Shown: positions 28,650-37,210 of the stretch, piece by piece | Layout: each line of letters opens with the position of its first letter | Position numbering within the stretch: the first letter of the stretch is position 1 | Origin: a virus | Lineage: Duplodnaviria; Caudoviricetes | IMG/VR virus record: IMGVR_UViG_3300025018_000173 | Coordinates: 1 to 58,383 of that record | Strand: one strand, 5' to 3' | Length of the DNA stretch: 58,383 nt | Program-made: the position numbers and the translations under genes | The notes under the pieces: generated by a model | Database searches by the model: none | What the model saw: the letters and a program-made list of their open reading frames with translations, nothing else | What the model was told of the DNA's origin: nothing

Positions 28650-29362
28650 CAGCCTGCTCCCCCGCCAAACCAGCCGCCAACCGTCGATCCGATGTTCGAC
28701 AGCGTCTGCTTGTTGTTTGCCCAGTTCGTGCGCGCGTCTTCCATGAGACCCGGCCCGCCGCGGGGCATGCCGGCGAACGCGCTGCCGAGGCTGGCCATGT
28801 TGCCGGTCTCCATGGCTTGCAGGCCGGCAGCGACCAGCCCGCCATAGTTGCGGCTCTGTTTCTTTTCGGTCTCGGCGTTCTCGCGCATGTTGTCGGCGAT
28901 GCGGCTGCCGGTCTGACCGTTCGGGCTGTCGGCCGAGTTGTTGATGATCCCGGCGAGCCGGGAGTAGTCTTCGTTCGTGATGTCGCTGATATACCCGCGC
29001 GTCTCGTCTGGCAGGTCTTCGGCGCTGCCAGACCAGTTGTCCGCGTTGCCGGGCCCCCAGTTGTACGCGGCCAGCGCCCGGTCCACGTCGCCGCCGTACC
29101 GGTCCAGCATCGCCTTGAGATACTGCGCGCCGAAGCGAAGCTGTTCATCCGGGTCGCCGGGGTTTGCCAACGGCTTGATCCCGAAGCCGGGATCCCGCGC
29201 CGTGTCGGGCATGACCTGCGTCAGACCGCTTGCGCCCTTCGGGCTGACCGCCGATGGATCCCATCCGCTCTCTTTCCTGATCAGCGCGGCGAACAGGTTG
29301 GGATCGACCCCGGCTTCGGTGGCAGCCCGGATGGCGCTGTCGTGGTACGGATTGGCCATCAC
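28649..29362 (-). CDS. Virion lytic transglycosylase (SLT domain)
   Basis: ALIRKESGWDPSAVSPKGASGLTQVMPDTA...ALAAYNWGPG. Confidence 0.95.
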   Translation of the reverse strand: MMANPYHDSAIRAATEAGVDPNLFAALIRKESGWDPSAVSPKGASGLTQVMPDTARDPGFGIKPLANPGDPDEQLRFGAQYLKAMLDRYGGDVDRALAAYNWGPGNADNWSGSAEDLPDETRGYISDITNEDYSRLAGIINNSADSPNGQTGSRIADNMRENAETEKKQSRNYGGLVAAGLQAMETGNMASLGSAFAGMPRGGPGLMEDARTNWANNKQTLSNIGSTVGGWFGGGAG

Positions 29363-29490
29363 TGCTTACCCTTTTTCCGTGCCGCTTCGTTGTCGGCCTT
29401 CGCCTCGCGAAGCAGTTTCGCCGCGTTGGACTTCATCTGCTGAAGCAGTTCCAGCTTTGTCTTCTTGCGGCCGCGGGTCTTGATCTTCAC
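29359..29490 (-). CDS. Small basic protein (43 aa)
   Basis: MKIKTRGRKKTKLELLQQMKSNAAKLLREAKADNEAARKKGKQ exactly fills the gap and overlaps both neighbours. Too short for the ORF track. Confidence 0.5.
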   Translation of the reverse strand: MKIKTRGRKKTKLELLQQMKSNAAKLLREAKADNEAARKKGKQ

Positions 29491-30743
29491 TACTCGAGCC
29501 CCGCTTGTCCCGGCCGTGTCCGATCGTCGAGCGCCCGGACCGCGGATACCACGGTGGCCAGCACGGCGTAGGGCTCGACGCGGCGGTATCCGTCGGGGCC
29601 CATGCTGACCGCGCCGGGAATATGCTCGAGGTCCTGCGCGATCAGGCCGCGCTGCCGGCCGACCTTGTCGGTGGGCATGCCCTCCTTGTAGTCGTAGTCC
29701 GAAGACCGGACGTGGCGCAGATCGTCGAGCCCGCTTTCAGCCAACTCGAAGTTTTCCTTGGCGTTCTCGTCGGACAACATGCCGACGATGCCGGCCACCG
29801 ACGATGCGGCGCCCAGCAGGCTGCTGGCGGTGGACGGGCGGCGCTCGCCGGGGGCCACGTTCGTGCCCCGCTCCGTGCCGGTCGTGCTGGTTGTGCCGGT
29901 CGTCGTGCCACCGCCGAGGGTGGCGTTCTTGTTGGTGCCCTGCCCCAGCATCTGTGTCAGCCATGTGATCGACTGCTGCTTGGCGGTGCGGCGCTCGTCC
30001 AGTTCTTCCTGCGACAGCGCGCGCTCTTCGGCCCCGTATTCCTTCTGCCAGTCGGCGCTGGCCAGACCGCGGTTCATGTCGGACGTCGCAAACTGGTCCA
30101 TCATGCCGAGACGCTCGAGTTCGAGGCGGCGGTCCTGCTGGTCGAGATCGGAAAGCTGGAACTCGGCGTTGGTGCCCCATTCGAGACCGGCCCGGCGCTG
30201 GTTGGCGGCGAAGTCCGCCATGGCGCGGCTCGTTTCACCCTGTGCCACGGCATCGGCGACGGCGGCGCGGGTGTTGGTGGTGCCGCCAACGGCGGCGGCG
30301 CGGGCATCGCGCGCAAGCTGATCGCGCTGGGCCTGCCGCTGCATGTCGGCCAGCCCAGCGTCCACCACGTCTTCGGTGTAGATGTCCTCGAAGCCGCCGC
30401 GACCGAACTCGGTGCCGTACTCATCCATGAGACCGGCAGCCGCCTGATCTCCCAGACCTTCGGCTTCGGCGGTGGTGGAGAGGACCCGATCAAGCGCGGC
30501 GCGCTCGTTCTGGCCCATGCCAAGGATGTCGCGGGGGTCCTTGCCGAGCCGGTCGGCTTCGCGGACTGCCTGTGCAACGGCGTCGGCGCTGGCGCCGCTG
30601 GCGGCGATGATGTTCTGTTTGACCTGCGGCGGCAGGACCGCCCACGGATCGTCACGCAGGTTCTGCGTGGTCTTTCCGGTCGAGGTCATGTCCGTCGATG
30701 CGGTCTGCGCCGGGCCTTGTTTGGACTTGAATAGGCCGCTCAT
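29490..30743 (-). CDS. Ejection / DNA pilot protein with C-terminal peptidase S74-type chaperone domain
   Basis: Ala/Gln-rich helical body, then LSDENAKENFE...YDYK...GLIAQDLE...DGYRRV. Confidence 0.75.
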   Translation of the reverse strand: MSGLFKSKQGPAQTASTDMTSTGKTTQNLRDDPWAVLPPQVKQNIIAASGASADAVAQAVREADRLGKDPRDILGMGQNERAALDRVLSTTAEAEGLGDQAAAGLMDEYGTEFGRGGFEDIYTEDVVDAGLADMQRQAQRDQLARDARAAAVGGTTNTRAAVADAVAQGETSRAMADFAANQRRAGLEWGTNAEFQLSDLDQQDRRLELERLGMMDQFATSDMNRGLASADWQKEYGAEERALSQEELDERRTAKQQSITWLTQMLGQGTNKNATLGGGTTTGTTSTTGTERGTNVAPGERRPSTASSLLGAASSVAGIVGMLSDENAKENFELAESGLDDLRHVRSSDYDYKEGMPTDKVGRQRGLIAQDLEHIPGAVSMGPDGYRRVEPYAVLATVVSAVRALDDRTRPGQAGLE

Positions 30744-30846
30744 GTGCAGTCCCCCTAGATCGTAAGCCACCCGATGCGCTCGGGGCGACCCGGCGCTGTA
30801 CGACCCACACTACCTCAAATCCCACCAATCTGGCAATATGAGGGTT

Positions 30847-31335
30847 TTACGTTGGTATCCAGCCTATGCGCTCGGGGCGACCGGGGGTAGTGCGGCGGAA
30901 GTAAGCCCGCTCGCCCGGTGTGGCAATCCCGTCGGCGCGGAGGGCACCGACCATGGCGCGCACCGATATGCAGGCCCGGACCTCGGGTTCGGCGCAGATG
31001 TCGGTGATCATCAGAAACCCTTTGGTATTACGCCATTCGTGAGGCTTCGGCCAGCCACCGCTGAGCAGGTTCAGGCCCTCGAAACCCTGCGCCCGGCAGT
31101 AGATGTAAAACATCCGGCCGTCGCCCTCGACGTTCAGGAACCGGATGCGATCGGCCTCGGCGGCGTGCCGGAGGTAGTCCGCTTCAAAAGCCGCGGTCAT
31201 GTGCTCGGCCCAGACCGGGTTGGTGTGCGCGATGCGCAGGGCCTCTTGGACAGCGTCGGCGGGGCGCAAGAAGACGTAGCCGTCGGCGGGCACGGGGATA
31301 TTGCGCAGCGTTTTCAAAGGGTTAGTCTGGGTCAT
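30847..31335 (-). CDS. Acyltransferase-like protein (HlyC / toxin-activating family, divergent)
   Basis: PHEWRNTKGFLMITDICA...AYFRR resembles the DW.SG..LW.ID..AP...R pattern. It sits at the position where T7-like phages have a GNAT-fold assembly protein. Confidence 0.45.
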   Translation of the reverse strand: MTQTNPLKTLRNIPVPADGYVFLRPADAVQEALRIAHTNPVWAEHMTAAFEADYLRHAAEADRIRFLNVEGDGRMFYIYCRAQGFEGLNLLSGGWPKPHEWRNTKGFLMITDICAEPEVRACISVRAMVGALRADGIATPGERAYFRRTTPGRPERIGWIPT

Positions 31336-31576
31336 CGTCGTCGCACGGCTTTGGCTCGAGCGCGCTCATAAGCTGGTGCTTCAGGAACTCGATCTCGCCG
31401 ACCAGGGGCATGACGTCGGTGGTGGCCCATGCCGTTAAGGTGCGGTTGGCGTTGAGCGACCCGGCGATGACCACGCTGCGCAGCTTGCCGGCCTTGGCCA
31501 GCTTCAGTGCCGTCTCGAGTTCCCTGACGACGTCCTCGTCTGCACCGGGTTCGTGCAGTTTGACGATCTGGTTCAT
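31322..31576 (-). CDS. Hypothetical protein
   Basis: 84 aa (LETALKLAKAGKLRSVVIAG), overlapping both neighbours. Confidence 0.6.
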   Translation of the reverse strand: MNQIVKLHEPGADEDVVRELETALKLAKAGKLRSVVIAGSLNANRTLTAWATTDVMPLVGEIEFLKHQLMSALEPKPCDDDDPD

Positions 31577-33210
31577 CGCTCACCGCCCGGTGCGGCAGTG
31601 ACGTCGAAACCGCCGAAGCGGATGACCGACTTGATCTGCTTGCCGTAGACCCCGATCTGGATGGCCTTGCCGCCGACGCGGAAGTCCTTGCCGTTCTCGC
31701 CGAGTTCGTGGGTCTGCCAGTCCTGTGCGACAGCCGTGACGGTCTGGGCTTCTCCGTACCCGGTGACGACGACGTCGAACGTGTCGTCTTCGGCGCCGAC
31801 GGCAGGGGACGGCAGATGGTCGGTCAGGACGCGCGTCAGCCGCCATGCCGATGCCGTGACGTCTTCGAGGGTGACGAGGTTGGTGATCACGCCGAAGTCG
31901 AAGGGCTCGACGTCGTCGGCGGCGGGTGTGTCGCGCGGCGTCGGGTATGCTTCGGTCAGGGCGTCGTTCGGGTCGTTCGGGTTGCCGGGGCCGGTGACGT
32001 AGGCGTTGGGCAGGGCGACGTCGAGATCGTGGAACCACACGCGGTTCTGGTCATCGACCGCCGTGGTGCGGATGACGCCGGACCGGCGGGACCAGCCCGT
32101 GCGCTTCAGCGACCACACGGACCATGCGGCCATGAGGTAGTTGTAGACCAGTTGGCGGTCGGGCACGTCGTCGGTGCCGGTCGGGTAGTGCAGGATGATC
32201 TCGCCGAACTCGGGGTTCGGCTCGAGGAAGGCGCGGCCGCTCTGGGCGTCGTTCAGGCGCTCGATCGTCGCGTGCTTCAAGGGGTTGGAGATCTGCTGCG
32301 GCTGCCCGCCGTCGAACACGTTCAGCACGCGGCTCTCATCGAACCACCACACGCGGCCGTCGGCTTCGCACCATGCGTTGCTGGCGAGAAGCCCGCGGCC
32401 CCCGCCGACGTACCGGCGGTCAAAGACGCTGTCGAGGTCGAAGGTTTCGGTCAGAAGGGCCATGCGGCGGTCGGTCCAGACCACGAGGCCGTAGTCGGTG
32501 GCGCCGCCGCCGACGATGCGCGATCCGCCTTCCAGTTGGAGTTCGCCGGAGGTGGTAATGTCGGACGGGGTCCAGTTCTCGAAGTCGAAGCGGTCGGACC
32601 AGCGGACGGTCATGTACCGCCGGGGGTCGGGCTCGGTGAAGCTGGTGCAGCCGAACAGGACGGCGATGCGGTTCACGATGGCGCCGCCGACGGCGCCGGT
32701 CGGAGACCCGGCGAGCGGTACGAACGTGTTGGTCCGGTTGCGGTCCCAGACATAGACCGGCTCGCCGTTGATGTTGGCTCGAGACCCGATGACGAGGTCG
32801 TCCTGATCGGCGAACCACCACACGGGAGGGACGGTCGTGTTGGCGGCGGCGGGCACGGGGACGACATCGACTGCCGGCACGAGACCGGGCGGCGTCAGGT
32901 CGAGGGTCCGCCAGCGCGTACCGGTGGCGGGGATCGAGTTCGGGTCATAGTCTGCGAGGACGACCTTGGACGCCGAGCCAAACAGGACGGCGCCCTCGGT
33001 GATGCTGGGCGTCACGAAGGCCCGGCGGTACGGATATGTCGAGGCGGGCAGGACGATCTGGTTGCCGCCGACGTCGCGCATCGGGCCAAACAGACCGATC
33101 GTCTCACATTGTTCGAGGCGGAAGCGCACGTTGATGCCCGTCAGCCAGACCGGACCGGCCGAGACGGGCGTCATGTCGTTCTGAAGACCGGGGGTCGGGG
33201 CGATCCGCAT
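31573..33210 (-). CDS. Tail nozzle / DNA stabilisation protein (P22 gp10-like)
   Basis: 545 aa beta-propeller-like: VRWSD.FDFENWTP, GEIILHYP, QLVYNYL..AWS. Confidence 0.75.
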   Translation of the reverse strand: MRIAPTPGLQNDMTPVSAGPVWLTGINVRFRLEQCETIGLFGPMRDVGGNQIVLPASTYPYRRAFVTPSITEGAVLFGSASKVVLADYDPNSIPATGTRWRTLDLTPPGLVPAVDVVPVPAAANTTVPPVWWFADQDDLVIGSRANINGEPVYVWDRNRTNTFVPLAGSPTGAVGGAIVNRIAVLFGCTSFTEPDPRRYMTVRWSDRFDFENWTPSDITTSGELQLEGGSRIVGGGATDYGLVVWTDRRMALLTETFDLDSVFDRRYVGGGRGLLASNAWCEADGRVWWFDESRVLNVFDGGQPQQISNPLKHATIERLNDAQSGRAFLEPNPEFGEIILHYPTGTDDVPDRQLVYNYLMAAWSVWSLKRTGWSRRSGVIRTTAVDDQNRVWFHDLDVALPNAYVTGPGNPNDPNDALTEAYPTPRDTPAADDVEPFDFGVITNLVTLEDVTASAWRLTRVLTDHLPSPAVGAEDDTFDVVVTGYGEAQTVTAVAQDWQTHELGENGKDFRVGGKAIQIGVYGKQIKSVIRFGGFDVTAAPGGER

Positions 33211-33216
33211 GGCGGA

Positions 33217-33801
33217 TCAGTCTTTCGGGGGCGACGGTTCGGGTTCCGGCACGGGTGCGTCGCCGTTCGACACGAGACGCGGCCGGCCCCACACGGGCCG
33301 GCGGATTTCGTTGCCAGCGGCGTCAACGCCGATGATGTCGCTGTCCGTGACCGGTTCGGGCTGGCCGGCCCGGCTCATGCGCTCTTCCTTGAGTTGCTGG
33401 GCCATGGCGAGCATGTCTGCCAGTTCGCGCGCCACGTTCCGGTCGCCGGCTTGGTTGACCGCGTCGAGCACGGCGCGGCCCATGTCCACGGGCAGTTTCT
33501 GATTGCCCATGGCGGTCAGGATGCGCTGGCGGGTGGCCTCGACCGCCTGCGGGGTCGAGACGTCCATCTTGATCGGGACCGGGAGCGTCTGGTTGGAATA
33601 GGCGGGTTTGGGATCGACGCGGTCGAGGATCGCCGTGATGATCCGAGCGTCGGGGCTCTTGAGGGTGGCCATCGCGATGATGGCGTCGCCCAGCTTTTGC
33701 TTGCCGCGGGAGATGCGGCCCCAGATGTAGTTCCGAACCTCGACCTGCGTGGTACGGTCGCGGTCGTCAGCAGGGTTCTGGGGCGGGGTCGCTCTGGACA
33801 T
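33217..33801 (-). CDS. Putative terminase small subunit (DUF5681-like C-terminal region)
   Basis: ILDRVDPKP...ILTAMGNQKLPVDMG...ELADM helical pattern. First gene of the late arm. ATG at 33801. Confidence 0.4.
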   Translation of the reverse strand: MSRATPPQNPADDRDRTTQVEVRNYIWGRISRGKQKLGDAIIAMATLKSPDARIITAILDRVDPKPAYSNQTLPVPIKMDVSTPQAVEATRQRILTAMGNQKLPVDMGRAVLDAVNQAGDRNVARELADMLAMAQQLKEERMSRAGQPEPVTDSDIIGVDAAGNEIRRPVWGRPRLVSNGDAPVPEPEPSPPKD

Positions 33802-34754
33802 GGCGGGTGCGGGCTCCGGAGGTGATGGGCCGAATATGCACGACCGGGCGGGTTCCGTCAAGCGGCACGCGCACCGAGAGCGGTCGGCCGTCGGCGAACG
33901 TCGCATGCACCGAGATCGGCCGCGTTGTGCTGGGCACGGCCGCAAGCACGCGGTTCAGGGCAGAGAGGGGGTCGCTCATTCCGCCCCGCAATCGCAGGGA
34001 CCGGTTGGGTAAGCGGGCGCGTTGTGCACTGCGCAGTCGGATGCGCGCCGAATGGGGGGGGGCGTGCGGCGGGCGAGGAGGAACCGGCGCCCGCCGCAGT
34101 GTCCGATCGCGACGGTTCTGGCCCCGCAATCGGATGGGTTGAGCGCGCGTGGTCGCCGCGCCCGGCAAAACCGCGGTCGGCTGCGGCGGCTGCGGTTTTG
34201 CGGGGGGCGGTGTCGGGTTCGGTCATGTCGGTGCTCTCGGTTGGAATGGGCCAGTGACCGGGACCATGCCACGAGGTCTCGGCGATCGTCAACGGAAAAA
34301 ATCGCCGGGCCCAAACTTTTTGCCGGGTCGGGTCAGCAGGGGTTTTCTGGCGCCGTGAAGTTAAGACATCGAATAAATCGAGACGGTACAATTTTTCGAC
34401 GAAAAGATGGGGAGCGATGATCACAGAAAAAATCCGATCGCGGGGGGTCCAGCCCGATCCGCCGCCTAGCCGCATCGTCTTACCTTCAGCCCAGTCGGCC
34501 CAGTCAACCGCCTCGGCTTCAGGCTCGGCACCTCGCACCTCACCCCGCTGCATCTCGGCACCGGCTGCACCACACCGCTGCATCGGCACCGACAGCACCT
34601 GAGCGACGAGAGACCGCCCCGGCTGGATTGGCTCACGCTGCACGGCTCTGGATTTGGCGGCACAACACCTGCTCGACATGGCCGTGGGACGTAAAGTCCC
34701 AAAACGGCTACATGTTCAAGCACATCTTAACGCACATCTCCGCTCTGTTGAGCG

Positions 34755-34784
34755 CAGATGTGCAGTGAGACGTGCATCACTTTT
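34755..34784. repeat. Left arm of a 30-bp long-range inverted repeat
   Basis: CAGATGTGCAGTGAGACGTGCATCACTTTT. Its reverse complement matches 41526-41555 at 29/30. Confidence 0.9.
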
Positions 34785-34785
34785 T

Positions 34786-35009
34786 GTTCTACTTCTGTTC
34801 GTCAATCATTCTACTATTGTTCACGTTTACCGGTCACTTGCGCCCCCACCGCACCAACTCACGCCATTAACCTTTGCGTCGCCCCCGCTGCACAACTCCT
34901 GCTCTGTTCCCGCTCCGTTCTGCTCTGTTCCCGCTCCGTTCACGGTGTTAAGATGTGCATTAACTTTTGAGCACCACCCCCGCTGCGCGGTCACGTTCAC
35001 CTTGTGTTC
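34786..35009. promoter_or_regulatory. Cluster of alphaproteobacterial LexA (SOS) boxes, GTTC-N7-GTTC
   Basis: Perfect copies at 34786-34800, 34906-34920, 34927-34941 and 34995-35009. One-mismatch copy at 34808-34822. Confidence 0.7.
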
Positions 35010-35135
35010 TAGCCGGTATACCTGCGCCGTCTTACCTTTTATCGCCTCCGGTCACGCTTTACCTCTTGCAATGCGTCTTACCTTTGGTCTATGTATGACC
35101 TACGAACACAAACCCCCAAACCGGAGCGCACGACC

Positions 35136-35663
35136 ATGAGCGACCATTACACCATGAACATCGGCAGCATCAGCCACGGCACGCTGCGCACGCAGGACCT
35201 GCTGACAGCCTGCGCTGACGAGATCGACAAGATCCTCGACACCGACAGCGGCGAGACGACTTACACCGCGCGCCTGTCCGTCATGACCATCCGCGACAGC
35301 GCACGCGGTTGCGCTGCGGCACTGGAAGCCCGCGACGATCACGACGAGACACCCGCCATCGACGACCTCGACAGCATCGCAGACGAGACCCTGCAAGAGT
35401 GCTACGAACTGCTGAGCGAGTGCACACCCGCCTACTGCTACTTCGGCGCGCACGCAGGCGACGGAAGCGACCTCGGCTGCTGGCCCGACATGGGCCAGAT
35501 TGAAGCCGACCTTGAGAGCGGCGAACTCGCCAAAATAAGCGACCCCAACGAACTCGACAGCCTGCCCACCGATTGCTGCGGCGCTGTGCACGTCAGCGAC
35601 CATGGCAACCTGGCCCTGTATCTGCCCCGGCGCACATGGGCCGCGCATCTGGAACCGGTCTGA
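35136..35663 (+). CDS. Early hypothetical protein (acidic)
   Basis: GSISHGTLRTQDLL...YFGAHAGDGSDLGCW, with a GGAG...CACGACC-ATG leader. Confidence 0.75.
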   Translation: MSDHYTMNIGSISHGTLRTQDLLTACADEIDKILDTDSGETTYTARLSVMTIRDSARGCAAALEARDDHDETPAIDDLDSIADETLQECYELLSECTPAYCYFGAHAGDGSDLGCWPDMGQIEADLESGELAKISDPNELDSLPTDCCGAVHVSDHGNLALYLPRRTWAAHLEPV

Positions 35664-35709
35664 GATTACCGCGCGCCACCCTTGCGGGTGGCGCGCATCA
35701 CCCACACCC

Positions 35710-35747
<38 letters not shown>

Positions 35748-35754
35748 CCCGACC

Positions 35755-35937
35755 ATGAGCGACCCCGGCAAGCCCTATGGCAACGTGACCACGTGGCCAA
35801 CGCTGCGCGCGGCGCGTGCCGATCTTGCCCGCGTCGCGGCGGCGTACCGCTTCCACCCCACCGGCAACGGTTTGGAGCGCATCGCAGACGGCTTTCGCCC
35901 GTCGCATCTTTCGCAGGCTTTGCTACTGACAACGTAA
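35755..35937 (+). CDS. Small early protein
   Basis: 60 aa with the shared CGACC-ATG leader. Confidence 0.45.
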   Translation: MSDPGKPYGNVTTWPTLRAARADLARVAAAYRFHPTGNGLERIADGFRPSHLSQALLLTT

Positions 35938-35966
35938 TACGAACCGCAACGACGAGGACCACGACC

Positions 35967-36557
35967 ATGTTGATTTCCGACGCATACGCACAATGGGCCG
36001 AAGGCCAGACGCTGCGCGGCCCGAACGCCGATCACGTCGCCCTGTCCGAAGACTGGAACAACTTCACCGACATGCTGTGCAAGGATGGCGAACTGACGGC
36101 GACGCAGTACCACCATTGCCCCGCCTACGACGACCCCATCCCCGGTGACGCAGATGCAGAGCGCGATTTCCTGCTCGATGCCCAGCGCATCGGTATGGGC
36201 ATCCACCGCGTCGAAAAGCGGCCCGACGGCGACGCATCGTGCGACTGGCCGGACGGCGCGCGCCACTGGCGTTTCACCCTGACGCGCGGCGTCGGCCCCT
36301 TCCTGACCGGTCATTTCAGCCAAGGCCCTGCCCACACGACGCAGCCCGACCTGTGCGACGTCCTGTCCAGCCTGCTCATGGACACGAGCGGTCTTGACCA
36401 GCCTTTCGAGGACTGGGCCGAGGATCTTGGCTACGATCCCGACAGCCGCAAGGCAGAGCGCATCTATACCGCCTGCAAGGCGGCGCTTGCGGCGCTGGAA
36501 AGCACGTTTACGGCGCAGGAACTGGAGGACCTGCGCACCATGTTCGAGGACTACTGA
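35967..36557 (+). CDS. Early hypothetical protein
   Basis: WNNFTDMLCKDG and FEDWAEDLGYDPDSRKAERIY motifs, with a GAGGACCACGACC-ATG leader. Confidence 0.8.
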   Translation: MLISDAYAQWAEGQTLRGPNADHVALSEDWNNFTDMLCKDGELTATQYHHCPAYDDPIPGDADAERDFLLDAQRIGMGIHRVEKRPDGDASCDWPDGARHWRFTLTRGVGPFLTGHFSQGPAHTTQPDLCDVLSSLLMDTSGLDQPFEDWAEDLGYDPDSRKAERIYTACKAALAALESTFTAQELEDLRTMFEDY

Positions 36558-36559
36558 GA

Positions 36560-36632
36560 GCCGAAACCACGGCGCGCACCCCCCGCGCCGCGGTCTGCCG
36601 GAACTGGCCGCCCGGCACTGATGAGGCAGGCC
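36560..36632 (+). ncRNA. Hammerhead ribozyme, type II
   Basis: GCC-GAAA-stem III (10 of 11 pairs)-GUC (cleavage after 36595)-stem I UGCCGG/CCGGCA-CUGAUGA-GGC. The catalytic core is complete and intergenic. Confidence 0.85.
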
Positions 36633-36659
36633 CCGCATCGTCATAGGAGACCACGACCC

Positions 36660-37016
36660 ATGAAGACCCATACCAAAGTGAGCGCCGCCCTGATGGCCGC
36701 ATGCACCACCATCGCCGCATGCACACCGCCCGCAGCGGACGTGCAAGCGCGCTACGTGTCGCCCGCAGGCTACAACGCGCGCACCTGCGCCCAACTGGCC
36801 ACCGAGGCGGCTGCGCTGGCGCAGAACGAGGCCCGCCTCGCCGCAGCGCAGGACAAGGCCCGCGCCAACGATACCAACATCGTAACGGCTGCCGTGATCT
36901 TGCTGCCCGTGGCCGGTCTGCTGGCCATGGCGAACAAGGATTACGCGGCGGAACTGTCCGCCGTGCGCGGCGAACTCGAAGCGGTTGAACAAGCCCGCAG
37001 TGCGCGCGGCTGCTGA
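36660..37016 (+). CDS. Predicted lipoprotein / membrane protein
   Basis: Signal peptide with IAAC lipobox, YVSP..Y...TC.QL, hydrophobic AAVILLPVAGLL, C-terminal Cys. Confidence 0.7.
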   Translation: MKTHTKVSAALMAACTTIAACTPPAADVQARYVSPAGYNARTCAQLATEAAALAQNEARLAAAQDKARANDTNIVTAAVILLPVAGLLAMANKDYAAELSAVRGELEAVEQARSARGC

Positions 37017-37210
37017 CGCGCCGGGTGGCCCCCGGCTAGTCTAAGGGCTGGCACCCCGGACGATTGAAGCGGCGTCGCTGCCGCAAACAACTGCCCGTCG
37101 GTCCCCCATCATGCGGGACCACCGTGGAGGCGTAAGGTCTGCAAAACCCCAAGCCTGCGAAGCGACCCCGCTAGGGGACCGACGCCCACCATCAACCGGA
37201 GCCCACGACC

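Larger units (their letters stand above)
33950..35130. promoter_or_regulatory. Divergent control region, probably containing the genome end / packaging site and early promoters
   Basis: Coding strand switches here. No credible ORF. Contains A/T tracts, short GCACC repeats, hairpins at 34681-34708 and 34732-34763, and a 21-bp tandem duplication at 34900-34941. Confidence 0.7.

Noticed and set aside
30755-30900. Diversity-generating retroelement TR/VR pair
   Set aside because: The repeat is under 50 bp, its differences are not adenine-specific, and no reverse transcriptase is present.
34716-34964. CtrA boxes in the control region
   Set aside because: Only TCAA-N7-TTAAC (34716-34731) and TTAA-N8-TTAAC (34948-34964) are present. 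Neither is the canonical TTAA-N7-TTAA, and both are explained by the GCACATCTTAAC repeat. Left uncalled.
33858-35139. ORFs across the control region (33858-34679 minus, 34654-35139 plus and others)
   Set aside because: No RBS, atypical composition, and overlap with repeats and operator clusters. Treated as non-coding, although a short ORF starting near 34227 on the minus strand cannot be excluded.
37125-37160. tRNA-Cys-like anticodon loop CTGCAAA
   Set aside because: No T-arm GTTCRA, D-arm or acceptor stem.
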